Below, piece by piece: positions 47,846 to 57,782 of a stretch of 64,000 bases of DNA. Both the position numbers and the translations under genes were made by a program. Origin of the DNA: Thermotogota bacterium (GTDB lineage Bacteria; Thermotogota; Thermotogae; MWEM01); contig DAINPP010000001.1 of assembly GCA_036743375.1 (NCBI GenBank), positions 80,154 through 144,153 on the forward strand, read 5' to 3'. Below the pieces are notes generated by a model. That model made no database searches, had not been told where the DNA came from, and saw nothing but the letters and a program-made list of their open reading frames with translations. Position 1 is the stretch's first letter, and each line of letters opens with the position of its first letter.

Positions 47846-49108
47846 TCAATTTTTAAGTATATTTTTTACTTTTGCCTTTAAAATACCGTCTTTTAAATAG
47901 ATATCAATTACATCACCAGCGCTTAATTGTACCACACTAGAAATAGTTTCCCCTTTATTCTCTATTCTCGAATAACCCAATTTAAGATATTTATCAGGAT
48001 CAGAGGCAAGAATTTTCTCATTGATAACGAGCATTCTCGATTTGATTCTTTCAAACCTCGACTCGATCATATGATACTTCCCTATATATTCCATGCTCAA
48101 CAATCTATGTTTCAAACCGTTTACCCTGTTAATCAGGATGTTTTCCGCTTTTATTAAAAGATCATCGATTTTGTCTCTCACCCTTTCTATTTCAAGAAGT
48201 GGATCTTTGTACGAGAGAATACGATTCAGTGAAAAAAGCTGTATCTTGATCTCATTGATCCGTTTTTCCAAGATAAAATCAAGCCGACTGATGACAGCTT
48301 TTTTATGAGCCAAATAAGCAAAGATATCAGGAGCAGAGACCATTGCAGCAGCTGTTGGCGTAGAAGCAATATAATCCGCGGCATATTCTGAAAGTGTATG
48401 GTCTGTTTCGTGACCGATTCCAGAAACAACCGGCTTTGTGCAATATCTAATCTTTTTGACCACATTCTCATCGTTGAAACACCATAAATCCTCTATAGAA
48501 CCCCCGCCTCGTGCGATGATAAGAAAATCAACATCTGAATTTTCAGCCATTGTTATCGCGTCAATAATTTGTTTCTCCACTTTTCCCTGTACACCCGTAT
48601 GAAAAATATTCAGTGTTATTTCGGGGTATCGGGTTTTAAAGGTTTTAATAATATCCTGAAGCGCTGCACCCTTTCTTGAGGTAATTATTCCAATTTTTTC
48701 AGGAAATTCATGTAACACCCTTCTCTCACTTTCTTTTCTTGGAATGACACCTTCCTTGAGTAATTTTTGTTTGAGTTCCTCAAATTTCTGCTGAAAAACA
48801 CCGGTTTTTGAGATTTCTCTGGCCGATTTTATGTAGAACTGAAATTCTCCCCGTTGTTCATAAATTGACAGATAACCAAAGGCTTCTATCATGGATCCCT
48901 CTTTGAATTTTTCAGCATTCTCATCAGAGATATTAAAATAAACCCCTTTTAATATGGAAGAATCCTCTTTTAAGGATAAATAGGCATGTTTTCCGTATAA
49001 CTTTATCGTCCCTATTTCTCCGATTATAGAAATATACCCACCAATTTCAGGATTATTTTCGATTAATTCCTTTGATTTGCGTAGAACTTCACTAATAGTA
49101 AAAGGCAT
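47846..49108 (-). CDS. xseA: Exodeoxyribonuclease VII large subunit
   Basis: N-terminal OB-fold and catalytic core (IARGGGSIEDLWCFNDE). Confidence 0.9.
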   Translation of the reverse strand: MPFTISEVLRKSKELIENNPEIGGYISIIGEIGTIKLYGKHAYLSLKEDSSILKGVYFNISDENAEKFKEGSMIEAFGYLSIYEQRGEFQFYIKSAREISKTGVFQQKFEELKQKLLKEGVIPRKESERRVLHEFPEKIGIITSRKGAALQDIIKTFKTRYPEITLNIFHTGVQGKVEKQIIDAITMAENSDVDFLIIARGGGSIEDLWCFNDENVVKKIRYCTKPVVSGIGHETDHTLSEYAADYIASTPTAAAMVSAPDIFAYLAHKKAVISRLDFILEKRINEIKIQLFSLNRILSYKDPLLEIERVRDKIDDLLIKAENILINRVNGLKHRLLSMEYIGKYHMIESRFERIKSRMLVINEKILASDPDKYLKLGYSRIENKGETISSVVQLSAGDVIDIYLKDGILKAKVKNILKN

Positions 49109-49147
49109 ATTTACTCCTGTAGAAATTTTTTCGGATTTTTTTCGTCA

Positions 49148-49174
49148 CATATATACCCCAGAGGGGTATATATG
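49148..49174. promoter_or_regulatory. Perfect 12-bp inverted repeat CATATATACCCC-AGA-GGGGTATATATG in the xseA/grx divergent region. Candidate operator.
   Basis: Read directly from the sequence. Sits between the xseA start (49108) and the glutaredoxin start (49185), overlapping the RBS-proximal region of the latter. Confidence 0.5.
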
Positions 49175-49184
49175 GAGGTGCTTT

Positions 49185-49424
49185 ATGCATAAAAAAATCA
49201 CTATTTATTCTACACCAAATTGTCCACATTGTGTCAGTGCAAAGAGGTATTTCAAGAGTCTTGGAATACCATTTAAAGATTATGACGTTTCAAAAGATCG
49301 GAAAGCGGCAGAAAACATGGTAAAAAAAACCGGCCAAATGGGAGTTCCTGTTATTGAAATAGGTAATCAGATCATTATAGGATTCAACAAGGGACGGATA
49401 GAAAATATGTTAGAAGGAAGATAA
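49185..49424 (+). CDS. Glutaredoxin-like protein (NrdH/YruB-like)
   Basis: ATG at 49185 after a GGAGGTG RBS. CPHC active site (YSTPNCPHCVSAKRYF). 79 aa. Confidence 0.75.
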   Translation: MHKKITIYSTPNCPHCVSAKRYFKSLGIPFKDYDVSKDRKAAENMVKKTGQMGVPVIEIGNQIIIGFNKGRIENMLEGR

Positions 49425-49431
49425 TGAGGAT

Positions 49432-51204
49432 TTAATCCTCATTATCTTCTTTTATCAGGAGCTTTCCAAAAGCCGCTTCAAAGTTTCTTATATTCTTTTC
49501 TATTACAGAAAAATCCGTTTTAAGGTCTATATGAACACCGAGTTGTTTTATTTTTTCTTCTATAGATATTTTTTCACCGATTTGTCTGATCTTTTCCTTT
49601 ACTTTCTCATATTCAAAATCATAAAAATAAACAAGATAAAAACCCTCTTTGTAGGTTCCGAGAATATCACTCTTTCTTATTTCACTTTTTAAAACGGCGG
49701 ACACGGAATCATTGATCATCTGAAAAATATCAGGACCATATCTACCGATAATATCTTCACGATTGTTTATAACAAAGCAGGCGAGAACCCCCTTTAAATT
49801 GTATCTGTAAACTTTATGGATTTCTTTTGAAACAAGCTCTGTGAACAGCTGAAAATTCCTTGTGGAATTTAATTCATTCGTATACTCATTACTTTTAATA
49901 AAATAAAGGTAAAGCAGATATTTAACGAAAATATCAAATAGCAATAATTCCAACTGTCTGAAATCATAGTTCTTTTTTTCTTCAAAGACTATTTTAATTT
50001 GTACCTTATACGGACCTAATTCGACTATTTTCTCTATTAACTCAAATGTTTTTTCCGTTTTTTCACCACATGAGAAGATTTCCTCATCATTGACCGCTAT
50101 TACGGCAAAGATCGTAGAATTATTTTCAGCAAAAAACATCCTGAAAATATCAATGACGGCTTCTTCAAGCTGTATCGTCTCTTTAAGCTGTAATTCCTCA
50201 AAATATCTCTGTATGTATTCCAGATTTAATTTTAAATTCTTATGATATTCAGAAAAATCACCGAGTTTTTCCGAATATCTTAAAATCTCTTTTTTATAAA
50301 CATCCGCTTTTTCTATCAATTGATTGACTTCACTATATATGAGCTGATTGACATCTCTATTGATTCCATATAAGTCTTCGGGGATTTTTTCACCGGATTC
50401 AATCATTTGAGAAACGGCGCTTATCTCCTCCGATCTACTTGAGAAATCGGAAAAGAGCATTCTCTTGACGAGGTTGATGATAAGAAAACCTATAAAAAAT
50501 GGTAAAAGAAACAGGAGAAACAGCGGCAATATTTTATTTAAAACCGGAGAAAAAGAGATGAAGTGCAATAAATCGACAGTGGTTTCAGAATAATAATATA
50601 CCGTGTTATCAATACGGAAAAGAGAAGCGTTAAGCCATTTTATCTTCTGACCGTTATTTTTATTAACGGCAATAAAATTATTCTCTTTCAATAAATACCC
50701 GTAATCATTATCGTCGAGTACAATAAACTCACACAGATCAGCATTTCTCAGAAATTTGTTGATTGATTCATCTAATGTGATTGTACCGATATATACCCTG
50801 TTTTTACTCTTTAATCCTATATCAAAGCAGACCTTTTTAATCACCGGATCAAAATAAAAATTTGAAATGGAATAATCATCAGATACGATTTTACCAAAGA
50901 TCGGATTTCCATTCAGAACATCCAGTCCAGGTATCAGATTCCCATACTGTATAAGTACCTGCCCCTCCATATCAGAAACAACAACCCGCTCAAAATCCTC
51001 AGGATTTGAAACAAGTTGCAATGAATTCTGATGTAATACGGTTTTAAACAGATTTATCATTAGGAGATTTTCTCTGTTCAAATCACTGATAACCGCTGAA
51101 TATGAAAAGTAACCGGCTATAACGATGAAAAGCATATACATGACAATCCATAAAAGATATATATTGACTAATTTTTTATTTATCAATGCAAAAGAATTCT
51201 TCAT
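49432..51204 (-). CDS. Membrane sensor protein with a degenerate GGDEF-like domain (GPDIF)
   Basis: Two TM helices bracket an extracytoplasmic region of about 170 aa. The C-terminal REDIIGRYGPDIF aligns to the GGDEF core R..D.. RYGG[DE]EF, with the second Gly replaced by Pro. Confidence 0.5.
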   Translation of the reverse strand: MKNSFALINKKLVNIYLLWIVMYMLFIVIAGYFSYSAVISDLNRENLLMINLFKTVLHQNSLQLVSNPEDFERVVVSDMEGQVLIQYGNLIPGLDVLNGNPIFGKIVSDDYSISNFYFDPVIKKVCFDIGLKSKNRVYIGTITLDESINKFLRNADLCEFIVLDDNDYGYLLKENNFIAVNKNNGQKIKWLNASLFRIDNTVYYYSETTVDLLHFISFSPVLNKILPLFLLFLLPFFIGFLIINLVKRMLFSDFSSRSEEISAVSQMIESGEKIPEDLYGINRDVNQLIYSEVNQLIEKADVYKKEILRYSEKLGDFSEYHKNLKLNLEYIQRYFEELQLKETIQLEEAVIDIFRMFFAENNSTIFAVIAVNDEEIFSCGEKTEKTFELIEKIVELGPYKVQIKIVFEEKKNYDFRQLELLLFDIFVKYLLYLYFIKSNEYTNELNSTRNFQLFTELVSKEIHKVYRYNLKGVLACFVINNREDIIGRYGPDIFQMINDSVSAVLKSEIRKSDILGTYKEGFYLVYFYDFEYEKVKEKIRQIGEKISIEEKIKQLGVHIDLKTDFSVIEKNIRNFEAAFGKLLIKEDNED

Positions 51205-51238
51205 TTCTCACCAATCATTCCATAATCCGTTGATTATC

Positions 51239-52246
51239 CTATTCAACGGTATATAGTCCATTTTTCCCAAATTTTACATGATATAAATTCATAATGACCT
51301 GATCTTCATCATTAATGGTAAAAAAATCACCATTCTGCTCATTTTGAAAATAAATCCATTCTGCCTTATCAAATCTACCGTATTCTCTTATAAAATCAGC
51401 AACTGATGCCGAAAACATTCTGTATAATTCTCTTTCATTATCAAATACAGGTGAATCAAATTCCTTCGATACCGTTATTCCATTCACTCCATAAGAATTC
51501 GCCCCTGTATAATACACCGTTTCTTTGTTTGTATTCTGTAAGAGTAGAAATATCTTCTCCCGCGGGTAACCAACGATAGAATCAAGAATACTGATCGTGT
51601 CAAATTTATTCGTGTTTAAAACGATATAATCTGGATCGTAGGTCTCGATCATATCAATAATCTCATTTATGCTATCTTTAAAATTCTCAGCGGGATTAAA
51701 GGGATACGATCGGACTTTTCCGTTGATACGGCTCGAAAAATCAAACTCGGTCTGATATTCATCGATGATTAAAGTAATCGAATCCTCATTCAAATTGCAG
51801 AATCTATTTAGTGCCAAAGATATTTGATTTAAATCAGGCATCAAATTGATACTGTTATTGAGTAACTCCGATTTTTCAAAAAAAAGGGTAACAAACAAAG
51901 ATTCTATCTCGTTCATCCGCTGTAGATTTAGGAAACGATCGGAATACCCCAGGTCAAGAAAAAACAAGTCATATTTATCTCTATCTATCGATGGGATAAG
52001 TTCCTGAAATTCACCCTCAGATAACACCGCTTCAGACGTAAACCCAACCTGAACGGCATTATCCTTCAAGCCTTCGCTTATCTCCTGATAGATGGTATAT
52101 GAAGCCTTTGACTCAAAGATAGAGAAATCAGACTTCGTCAGGCAAAAAACATTCAACGTTGTCTTTTGATTAAAAAAAGAGAAGAATATTATAGCCAAAA
52201 AAATAAGTAGTAATGAGACAAAAATATACTTTTTTATATCCCCCAT
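51239..52246 (-). CDS. Membrane-anchored hypothetical protein (extracytoplasmic), immediately upstream of the sensor gene
   Basis: Single N-terminal TM helix (YIFVSLLLIFLAIIFFSFF). No known motif. Confidence 0.5.
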   Translation of the reverse strand: MGDIKKYIFVSLLLIFLAIIFFSFFNQKTTLNVFCLTKSDFSIFESKASYTIYQEISEGLKDNAVQVGFTSEAVLSEGEFQELIPSIDRDKYDLFFLDLGYSDRFLNLQRMNEIESLFVTLFFEKSELLNNSINLMPDLNQISLALNRFCNLNEDSITLIIDEYQTEFDFSSRINGKVRSYPFNPAENFKDSINEIIDMIETYDPDYIVLNTNKFDTISILDSIVGYPREKIFLLLQNTNKETVYYTGANSYGVNGITVSKEFDSPVFDNERELYRMFSASVADFIREYGRFDKAEWIYFQNEQNGDFFTINDEDQVIMNLYHVKFGKNGLYTVE

Positions 52247-52268
52247 ATCTCACCTTCAGCATTTCACG

Positions 52269-52895
52269 TCAAGATATCTTTTCAGATCTGTATACTCTGA
52301 TACCGCCGCTCTTTTCCAGTGTCTTTACATTGGAAAAAATCTCCCTCATAAAAGTTCTGATTCTTGCCCCGCCTTTGTTATGGTAGGCAACTATCTGAAG
52401 ATCTCCGTTCTTTTCAAGATAATCGACTGAGTCCTTGATGGCCTTTTCCCATGTTTCTTTTCCTGCTGCCATAGGGGGATTGAACAAAATAGAATCAAAT
52501 TTCATTCCCTGCCATGGCTCAAACAAATCCCCTTCGCGGACATCTACATTCAAATTCTGATTCAGGGCATTTTCTTTCGCAAACCTGACAGCCCTTTTGT
52601 TGATATCACTCATAAAGACATGAACAAATGGATTCTCTTTCGCTATTATCGTACCGACTACACCGTACCCACATCCCAAATCAAGAATCTTACCGGGCCT
52701 CACGATTAAATTTTCCAGAAAAACAAGTGTTGCCCTATTTGACTTACCATAGGCAAATACACCGGAAGGACTTCTGAAGACATACTCATGTCCGTTTTTC
52801 AACTTAATTGCTACATCTCTTACAATTAGCGCTGATTGTGGATTGGGGGAAAAATAATGATCGTTGACCTGTTTTTCCATCTTTTCACTCTTCAT
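52269..52895 (-). CDS. Class I SAM-dependent methyltransferase (RsmC/YabB-like small-domain MTase)
   Basis: ILDLGCGYGVVG motif I and NPPM motif IV (FNPPMAAGKE). Start chosen to avoid a long overlap with ricT. Confidence 0.7.
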   Translation of the reverse strand: MKSEKMEKQVNDHYFSPNPQSALIVRDVAIKLKNGHEYVFRSPSGVFAYGKSNRATLVFLENLIVRPGKILDLGCGYGVVGTIIAKENPFVHVFMSDINKRAVRFAKENALNQNLNVDVREGDLFEPWQGMKFDSILFNPPMAAGKETWEKAIKDSVDYLEKNGDLQIVAYHNKGGARIRTFMREIFSNVKTLEKSGGIRVYRSEKIS

Positions 52896-53754
52896 CCGGT
52901 AATTCTTCCAATTCATCATCGTGACTATCAGGCTGAGAAATAACCGAATCCTTTCTTTCCTTGAAATAATCAAACGCAATCTCGTAATTCTTTCCATCAT
53001 CCGTTAAAACTGAAACATTTTTTGTAAAAATATTGCAGCTTATCACCTTGCATATCTCATCGTTATACTGAACAATACTTCCCTGTACCGGTACATCCTG
53101 CATAATCTCTTCATAGGTATCAAGTTCATATTTCAAACAGCAAAGTAGTCTTTTACACTGACCGGATATCTTTGCTGGATTAATCATCATCTGCTGCTTT
53201 TTTGCATCTTTTAAAGTAATTTTATCAAATTCTCTCTTGAACCTCCGACAACAAACGGGCTGTCCACACATACCGATACTGCCTATGAATTTCAGTTCAT
53301 CTCTGACACCTACCTGCCTCAGCTCGATTCTGGTTCTGAAACTATGCGCCAATTCTTTCACAAGTTCTCTGAAATCCACACGCCCTTCAGCACTGAAATA
53401 AAACAGCAACTTTGAACGATCAAACATATACTGTGCTTTAAGCAGTTTCATCGGTAAAGAAAGTTTCAGAATCTTTTCCATACATATATCATAGGCCGCT
53501 GCAGCATCTGCTATGTTAATTTCATGTTTTTGCATATCGTCTTCCGTTAGCGGTCTCATTAAAGGTTTGATCTCATAATCGACTTCGTTTATATCTATTT
53601 CAAATGGTCCTTTAATAATCTTTCCCACGTCAAGTCCAAAAAAGCTCATTCCCAACACGAGGGTACCGGGAGATAATTCTCCCTCATAAGTAAAATAATT
53701 TATCTTCCCATATTTTAAAAATTCTACTTCATAAACCTTTGCAATCATTTCCAT
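52885..53754 (-). CDS. ricT: PSP1 C-terminal domain protein RicT/YaaT
   Basis: PSP1 domain with Cys cluster (CGQPVCCRRF ... CKRLLCCLKYE). Confidence 0.8.
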   Translation of the reverse strand: MEMIAKVYEVEFLKYGKINYFTYEGELSPGTLVLGMSFFGLDVGKIIKGPFEIDINEVDYEIKPLMRPLTEDDMQKHEINIADAAAAYDICMEKILKLSLPMKLLKAQYMFDRSKLLFYFSAEGRVDFRELVKELAHSFRTRIELRQVGVRDELKFIGSIGMCGQPVCCRRFKREFDKITLKDAKKQQMMINPAKISGQCKRLLCCLKYELDTYEEIMQDVPVQGSIVQYNDEICKVISCNIFTKNVSVLTDDGKNYEIAFDYFKERKDSVISQPDSHDDELEELPDEE

Positions 53755-53761
53755 TTTTGTC

Positions 53762-54889
53762 CTACTTTCTTTTTAATATTTTTTTGATACCTGTCAGATA
53801 ATTATAAAACAACAACTCTCGATTACAATTGATCTGTACACTGTTTTTTATTCGTTCAAGAAATTTCAAAAATTCTAACAGTTCGACAAAATTAAAGGTC
53901 AAACCTGTCTCCAGTAACTTTATTGTTAAATGAGTATACGTTATTAAATCATTAAATTCAGAGTTCTCAGATTTGTATATCGAATAAAGGAGTTTTTCCG
54001 TTGTACAAAAGAGTTCTTTGAAAAATATATTTGTAAAAGGCGATTCCATGCCCTTTACAAAATCGGAAGAATCAAGCAGAAGTTCCTGATACACCCAATC
54101 AGAATCGGAAAACAACAATTTTTCCACAATACAGAGAGAAAACAGTTTTCGAAGGATTTTCCCTTCAAACTCCATATTTTCTATCTTCAAGGAATTTTCT
54201 CCTGAACAGATTAGTGAATAATCAACAAACAATTCTTTTATCTCTCTTCCCCTTAAAGATTCCAAGATTGTCTTCTGTTCCGAATAATCCATATCCGATG
54301 CCAGTTTAAGGATTTCTAAAGAACTGTCTGATATCCAATAAAACTCATCAGTATTCATTCCTTCAAAATCAGATAACTTTATTCTAACGGGAAGCTGGAT
54401 CTTAAACAACCTACTTTGAACCGTACTTAAAAGAGCCGAGAAAGAAGTTGTTGTACAGATAAACACGGTACCTTCAGAAGGTTCTTCTATTAATTTCAAC
54501 AAACTGTTTAGTGAATAAACATTGGCCTTCTCTATATTCTTTACGACGATATACTTGTAATTAAGAAATTCCTTCTTAAAAGAGGAAAAGGAAATCAATT
54601 GGCGAACATCCTCTATCTTTATCACATCATCAGACGCACCGATTTCAAAATAATCATTTGAATTGAAAATAGAACTGTATTTGATACGTTTCTCTTTATT
54701 CTCCTCTATCCTTTCCAAAAGATTTTCAAGAAACAGATTAATCAATTCACCCTCTTCTCCAGAAAGGCATATCGCCGGAATCTTCTCATTGGACTCCCTT
54801 TCGTCTTCTTTGGATAAAAGGGAGAAAATTTTTTCTATTTCACTTTCATAGCTCTTATTAATCTTTGTTTTTAAGACTTCTCTTTCCAT
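53762..54889 (-). CDS. Hypothetical protein at the holB (DNA polymerase III delta') position. Divergent, no clear Walker A.
   Basis: Assigned only by conserved gene order yaaR-holB-ricT-MTase. No GxxGxGK motif in the sequence. Confidence 0.35.
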   Translation of the reverse strand: MEREVLKTKINKSYESEIEKIFSLLSKEDERESNEKIPAICLSGEEGELINLFLENLLERIEENKEKRIKYSSIFNSNDYFEIGASDDVIKIEDVRQLISFSSFKKEFLNYKYIVVKNIEKANVYSLNSLLKLIEEPSEGTVFICTTTSFSALLSTVQSRLFKIQLPVRIKLSDFEGMNTDEFYWISDSSLEILKLASDMDYSEQKTILESLRGREIKELFVDYSLICSGENSLKIENMEFEGKILRKLFSLCIVEKLLFSDSDWVYQELLLDSSDFVKGMESPFTNIFFKELFCTTEKLLYSIYKSENSEFNDLITYTHLTIKLLETGLTFNFVELLEFLKFLERIKNSVQINCNRELLFYNYLTGIKKILKRK

Positions 54890-54901
54890 GTATTTAAACC
54901 C

Positions 54902-55375
54902 TTATCGATACAAATCAAGGACAAGCCCATTTATTTCTTCAACTTTCCCAGCAAAGCTCATCGTATTTTTTTCATTTTCCATTAACAACCCAGCAAGCTG
55001 ATGTATTTTATCATCGACTTTTTCCGCCACCATATACAATTTTGGATAATCCACATCCATTCCCATATCTTCCTTAATCTTGTAGAGTCCTTTTTCAATA
55101 AACTGTAAAAACTTTTTCAGTGAATCTCTATAGCCTTGAAAATTCCTGTGCGTAGGAGACCTTGAAAACTTATTCCCCGCACTTAACACATATTCCAAAT
55201 AGCGTCTGGATTCTTCTTCTATCTGCTCTAATTTCACTTCGCCAAGCATATCCATAAAACCGTTCCAGCCCTCAGTATCCACTTTTGCATTACCAGAGTT
55301 GATTGACTTTTTCCTCTTGGCCTTAGATGATTTTTTGTCTTTATCGATTGAATTGTTTGGCGGATTTACTCTCAT
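54902..55375 (-). CDS. YaaR/DUF327-family protein
   Basis: About 150 aa with a basic N-terminal tail, matching the YaaR length and pattern. Sits upstream of the holB-like and ricT genes. Confidence 0.55.
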   Translation of the reverse strand: MRVNPPNNSIDKDKKSSKAKRKKSINSGNAKVDTEGWNGFMDMLGEVKLEQIEEESRRYLEYVLSAGNKFSRSPTHRNFQGYRDSLKKFLQFIEKGLYKIKEDMGMDVDYPKLYMVAEKVDDKIHQLAGLLMENEKNTMSFAGKVEEINGLVLDLYR

Positions 55376-55388
55376 ATTATTTACCTTC

Positions 55389-57767
55389 TTATTTTGGTTT
55401 ATCTTTCACAAGATCTTTACACAGTTCCAAAGCACCCGTGGCGTCTCTCGAATAGCCATCACAGCCAAAGTCTTCTGCCAATTTCCGGTTCATGGATGCC
55501 CCTCCTGAGATTAATTTAACCTCTATCCGCTTTTCCATCAACAGCTGTTTGACTTCCTGAACCCTTCCGACCGTTGTCGTCATCATCGCTGAAAGGCCGA
55601 GAATATCGGGTCTTTCTCTCGATACGGCCTCCAATATATCTTCAGATTTACAATCTTTCCCCAAATCGATTACTTCAAATCCCCCACTGCTTAACACCGT
55701 ACCGACGATCTTCTTCCCTATATCATGCACATCGCCTTCAACAGTTGCAACCAGTACCTTCCCTATAGATTTTATCGACTTTCCTGATAAATCATTTAGT
55801 CTGTCAAAGACTGGTTTCGATGTCTCAGCCGCAAGAATAAGTTGTGGAAGATGAATTTCCTTTTTCCCATACAGGACACCTATCTCATTCATAGCCGCTC
55901 CTAAGGTTTCCTGGCTGATCTCAAGGGGGGATTTTGTTTTCAGTTCAACATCGATAACCGTATTGATTTTTTCACTCTGACCGTTGAGGAGATATTCTGT
56001 TATCTCATTCTCGGTATTTATCTTTTCATCATTTTCATATTTTTCACCTTTCAGACTCAATGAACCCTGCATTACACCGAATAATTCCAAATCGCCCGTA
56101 TTCATTATCGCCGAAGAAAGTCCTCTTTCTATAGCTCTTGACAGGAATGCCGCGTTGATTCCTGAACGCAGAGGCATTCCAAAACTCAGGTTTGACAACC
56201 CCATCGTCGTATTTATTCCAAGGGCTGTTAATGCCTGGACGGTCTTGAGTGTAACTTCCGGATCGTTCCCTGCCCCAAGAGAAAGCACAAGAGGATCTGC
56301 AATGATCCTGTTCGCACTGATTCCCAATTCATCCAGCCAGTTTATTCCCTCTAGTATCACCTGAACCCGTTCCTCCGCAGTCGTCGGAATCTTTTTTCCC
56401 ATTGCAAGCAGAATCAGAACGCCTCCATGCCGTTTCAGGATTTCCGCTTTTTTTTCTATACTTTTCTCTGTAACCCTTGCGGAGTTAATCAACGGTCTTC
56501 CCGCATATTCATCCAGAGCCCTGTAAAGATATTTTGTCGTTTGAATATCAAATGACAACGGGTTGGAAGATATCCTGTCCAATTCAATAACCGCTTGATT
56601 AAAATGGTCCTGGGCCAGAATTTTTTCTATGCCGAGGTTTAAATCAAGCAATTTGGCACCTTCAGCTTCCTGTTCCTTGGCAATAGAAACAATCCTGTGA
56701 TAATCCATTCTTTCTATTTCTTCCTGAAATCTCTTTCTTGAAGCGGGATTAATGCGCTCACCGATAGGCATAAAGGGAGAGAGTTGTATTAATTTAGTTC
56801 TGGAAGAAAAATAAACCTGCTCTGTCTCCTGTTTAAAGTCTCCACTGGCCCTTTTTTTGGCCTCATCATAGGTATAGGAAGGATTTTTCAAAACAAGCTC
56901 TTTTAAAGCTGAAATATGTTCGGGACCTGTTCCACAGCAGCCCCCAATAATTCCAGCGCCTTCCATTACGATATCCGATGCATAGACTGCAAATTCATCT
57001 GCACTCATTTTATAAAAGAGTCTGCCATTTTCAAGAAAGGGATCTCCGGCATTAGGTTCTACCGAAATTGGTTTTTCAGTATACCGTCGTAGCTCAGAAA
57101 AAACGTTAAAGATTTCTTTTGGACCAAGAGAACAGTTTATGCCAACTACATCCACATCCATATCATTCATCAAGTTGGCGAATACAGACACAGGCGTGCC
57201 GGTAACACTTCGAGGCTCTTCATTTTCATTGAGATCAAACGTCATCTGCACAATCAGCGGCTTTTCCCTGTTGACATCCCTAATCGCGAGGACAGCGAGT
57301 TTCGTTTCCTTAAAATCGGTCATCGTTTCTATAATAAACCCATCTACTCCATATTTATCGAGGATCGAGGCCTGTTCGTAAAATGTCTCGTATACCGTTT
57401 GGGAATCGGCCTTTCCAACAGGAACGGGAAACTCTCCGGTCGATGAAATATCTCCAAACACGAGTGTGTTTTTTCCGGACGCCTCTCTCGCGATTAAAAC
57501 CCCTTTCTTGTTGATCTCTTCTATCTCCTGTTCAAGACCATGAGACGTCAGTTTCATCCTGTTGGCATTAAAAGTATTCGTCAGCAAGATATCACATCCT
57601 GCATCAACATATTCTTTCTGAAGGCTTAATACAACATCCGGTTTTATTAGATTTAACTCTTCACCAAGTACGTCACCAAAGCCCCTTTTAAAAAATTGTG
57701 CCCCATAGGATCCATCAAGGATCAAAGGACCGGTTTCGAGACGTTTTATAAATTCCGCTCTATTCAT
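55389..57767 (-). CDS. metH: Cobalamin-dependent methionine synthase MetH core (Hcy + pterin + B12 domains, no reactivation domain)
   Basis: Homocysteine-methyltransferase N-terminus (ILDGSYGAQF ... GGCCGTGPEHI), pterin-binding domain, and B12-binding DVHDIGKKIV. Ends after the B12 domain (792 aa). Confidence 0.9.
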   Translation of the reverse strand: MNRAEFIKRLETGPLILDGSYGAQFFKRGFGDVLGEELNLIKPDVVLSLQKEYVDAGCDILLTNTFNANRMKLTSHGLEQEIEEINKKGVLIAREASGKNTLVFGDISSTGEFPVPVGKADSQTVYETFYEQASILDKYGVDGFIIETMTDFKETKLAVLAIRDVNREKPLIVQMTFDLNENEEPRSVTGTPVSVFANLMNDMDVDVVGINCSLGPKEIFNVFSELRRYTEKPISVEPNAGDPFLENGRLFYKMSADEFAVYASDIVMEGAGIIGGCCGTGPEHISALKELVLKNPSYTYDEAKKRASGDFKQETEQVYFSSRTKLIQLSPFMPIGERINPASRKRFQEEIERMDYHRIVSIAKEQEAEGAKLLDLNLGIEKILAQDHFNQAVIELDRISSNPLSFDIQTTKYLYRALDEYAGRPLINSARVTEKSIEKKAEILKRHGGVLILLAMGKKIPTTAEERVQVILEGINWLDELGISANRIIADPLVLSLGAGNDPEVTLKTVQALTALGINTTMGLSNLSFGMPLRSGINAAFLSRAIERGLSSAIMNTGDLELFGVMQGSLSLKGEKYENDEKINTENEITEYLLNGQSEKINTVIDVELKTKSPLEISQETLGAAMNEIGVLYGKKEIHLPQLILAAETSKPVFDRLNDLSGKSIKSIGKVLVATVEGDVHDIGKKIVGTVLSSGGFEVIDLGKDCKSEDILEAVSRERPDILGLSAMMTTTVGRVQEVKQLLMEKRIEVKLISGGASMNRKLAEDFGCDGYSRDATGALELCKDLVKDKPK

Positions 57768-57782
57768 ACCTCACTCCATCTC

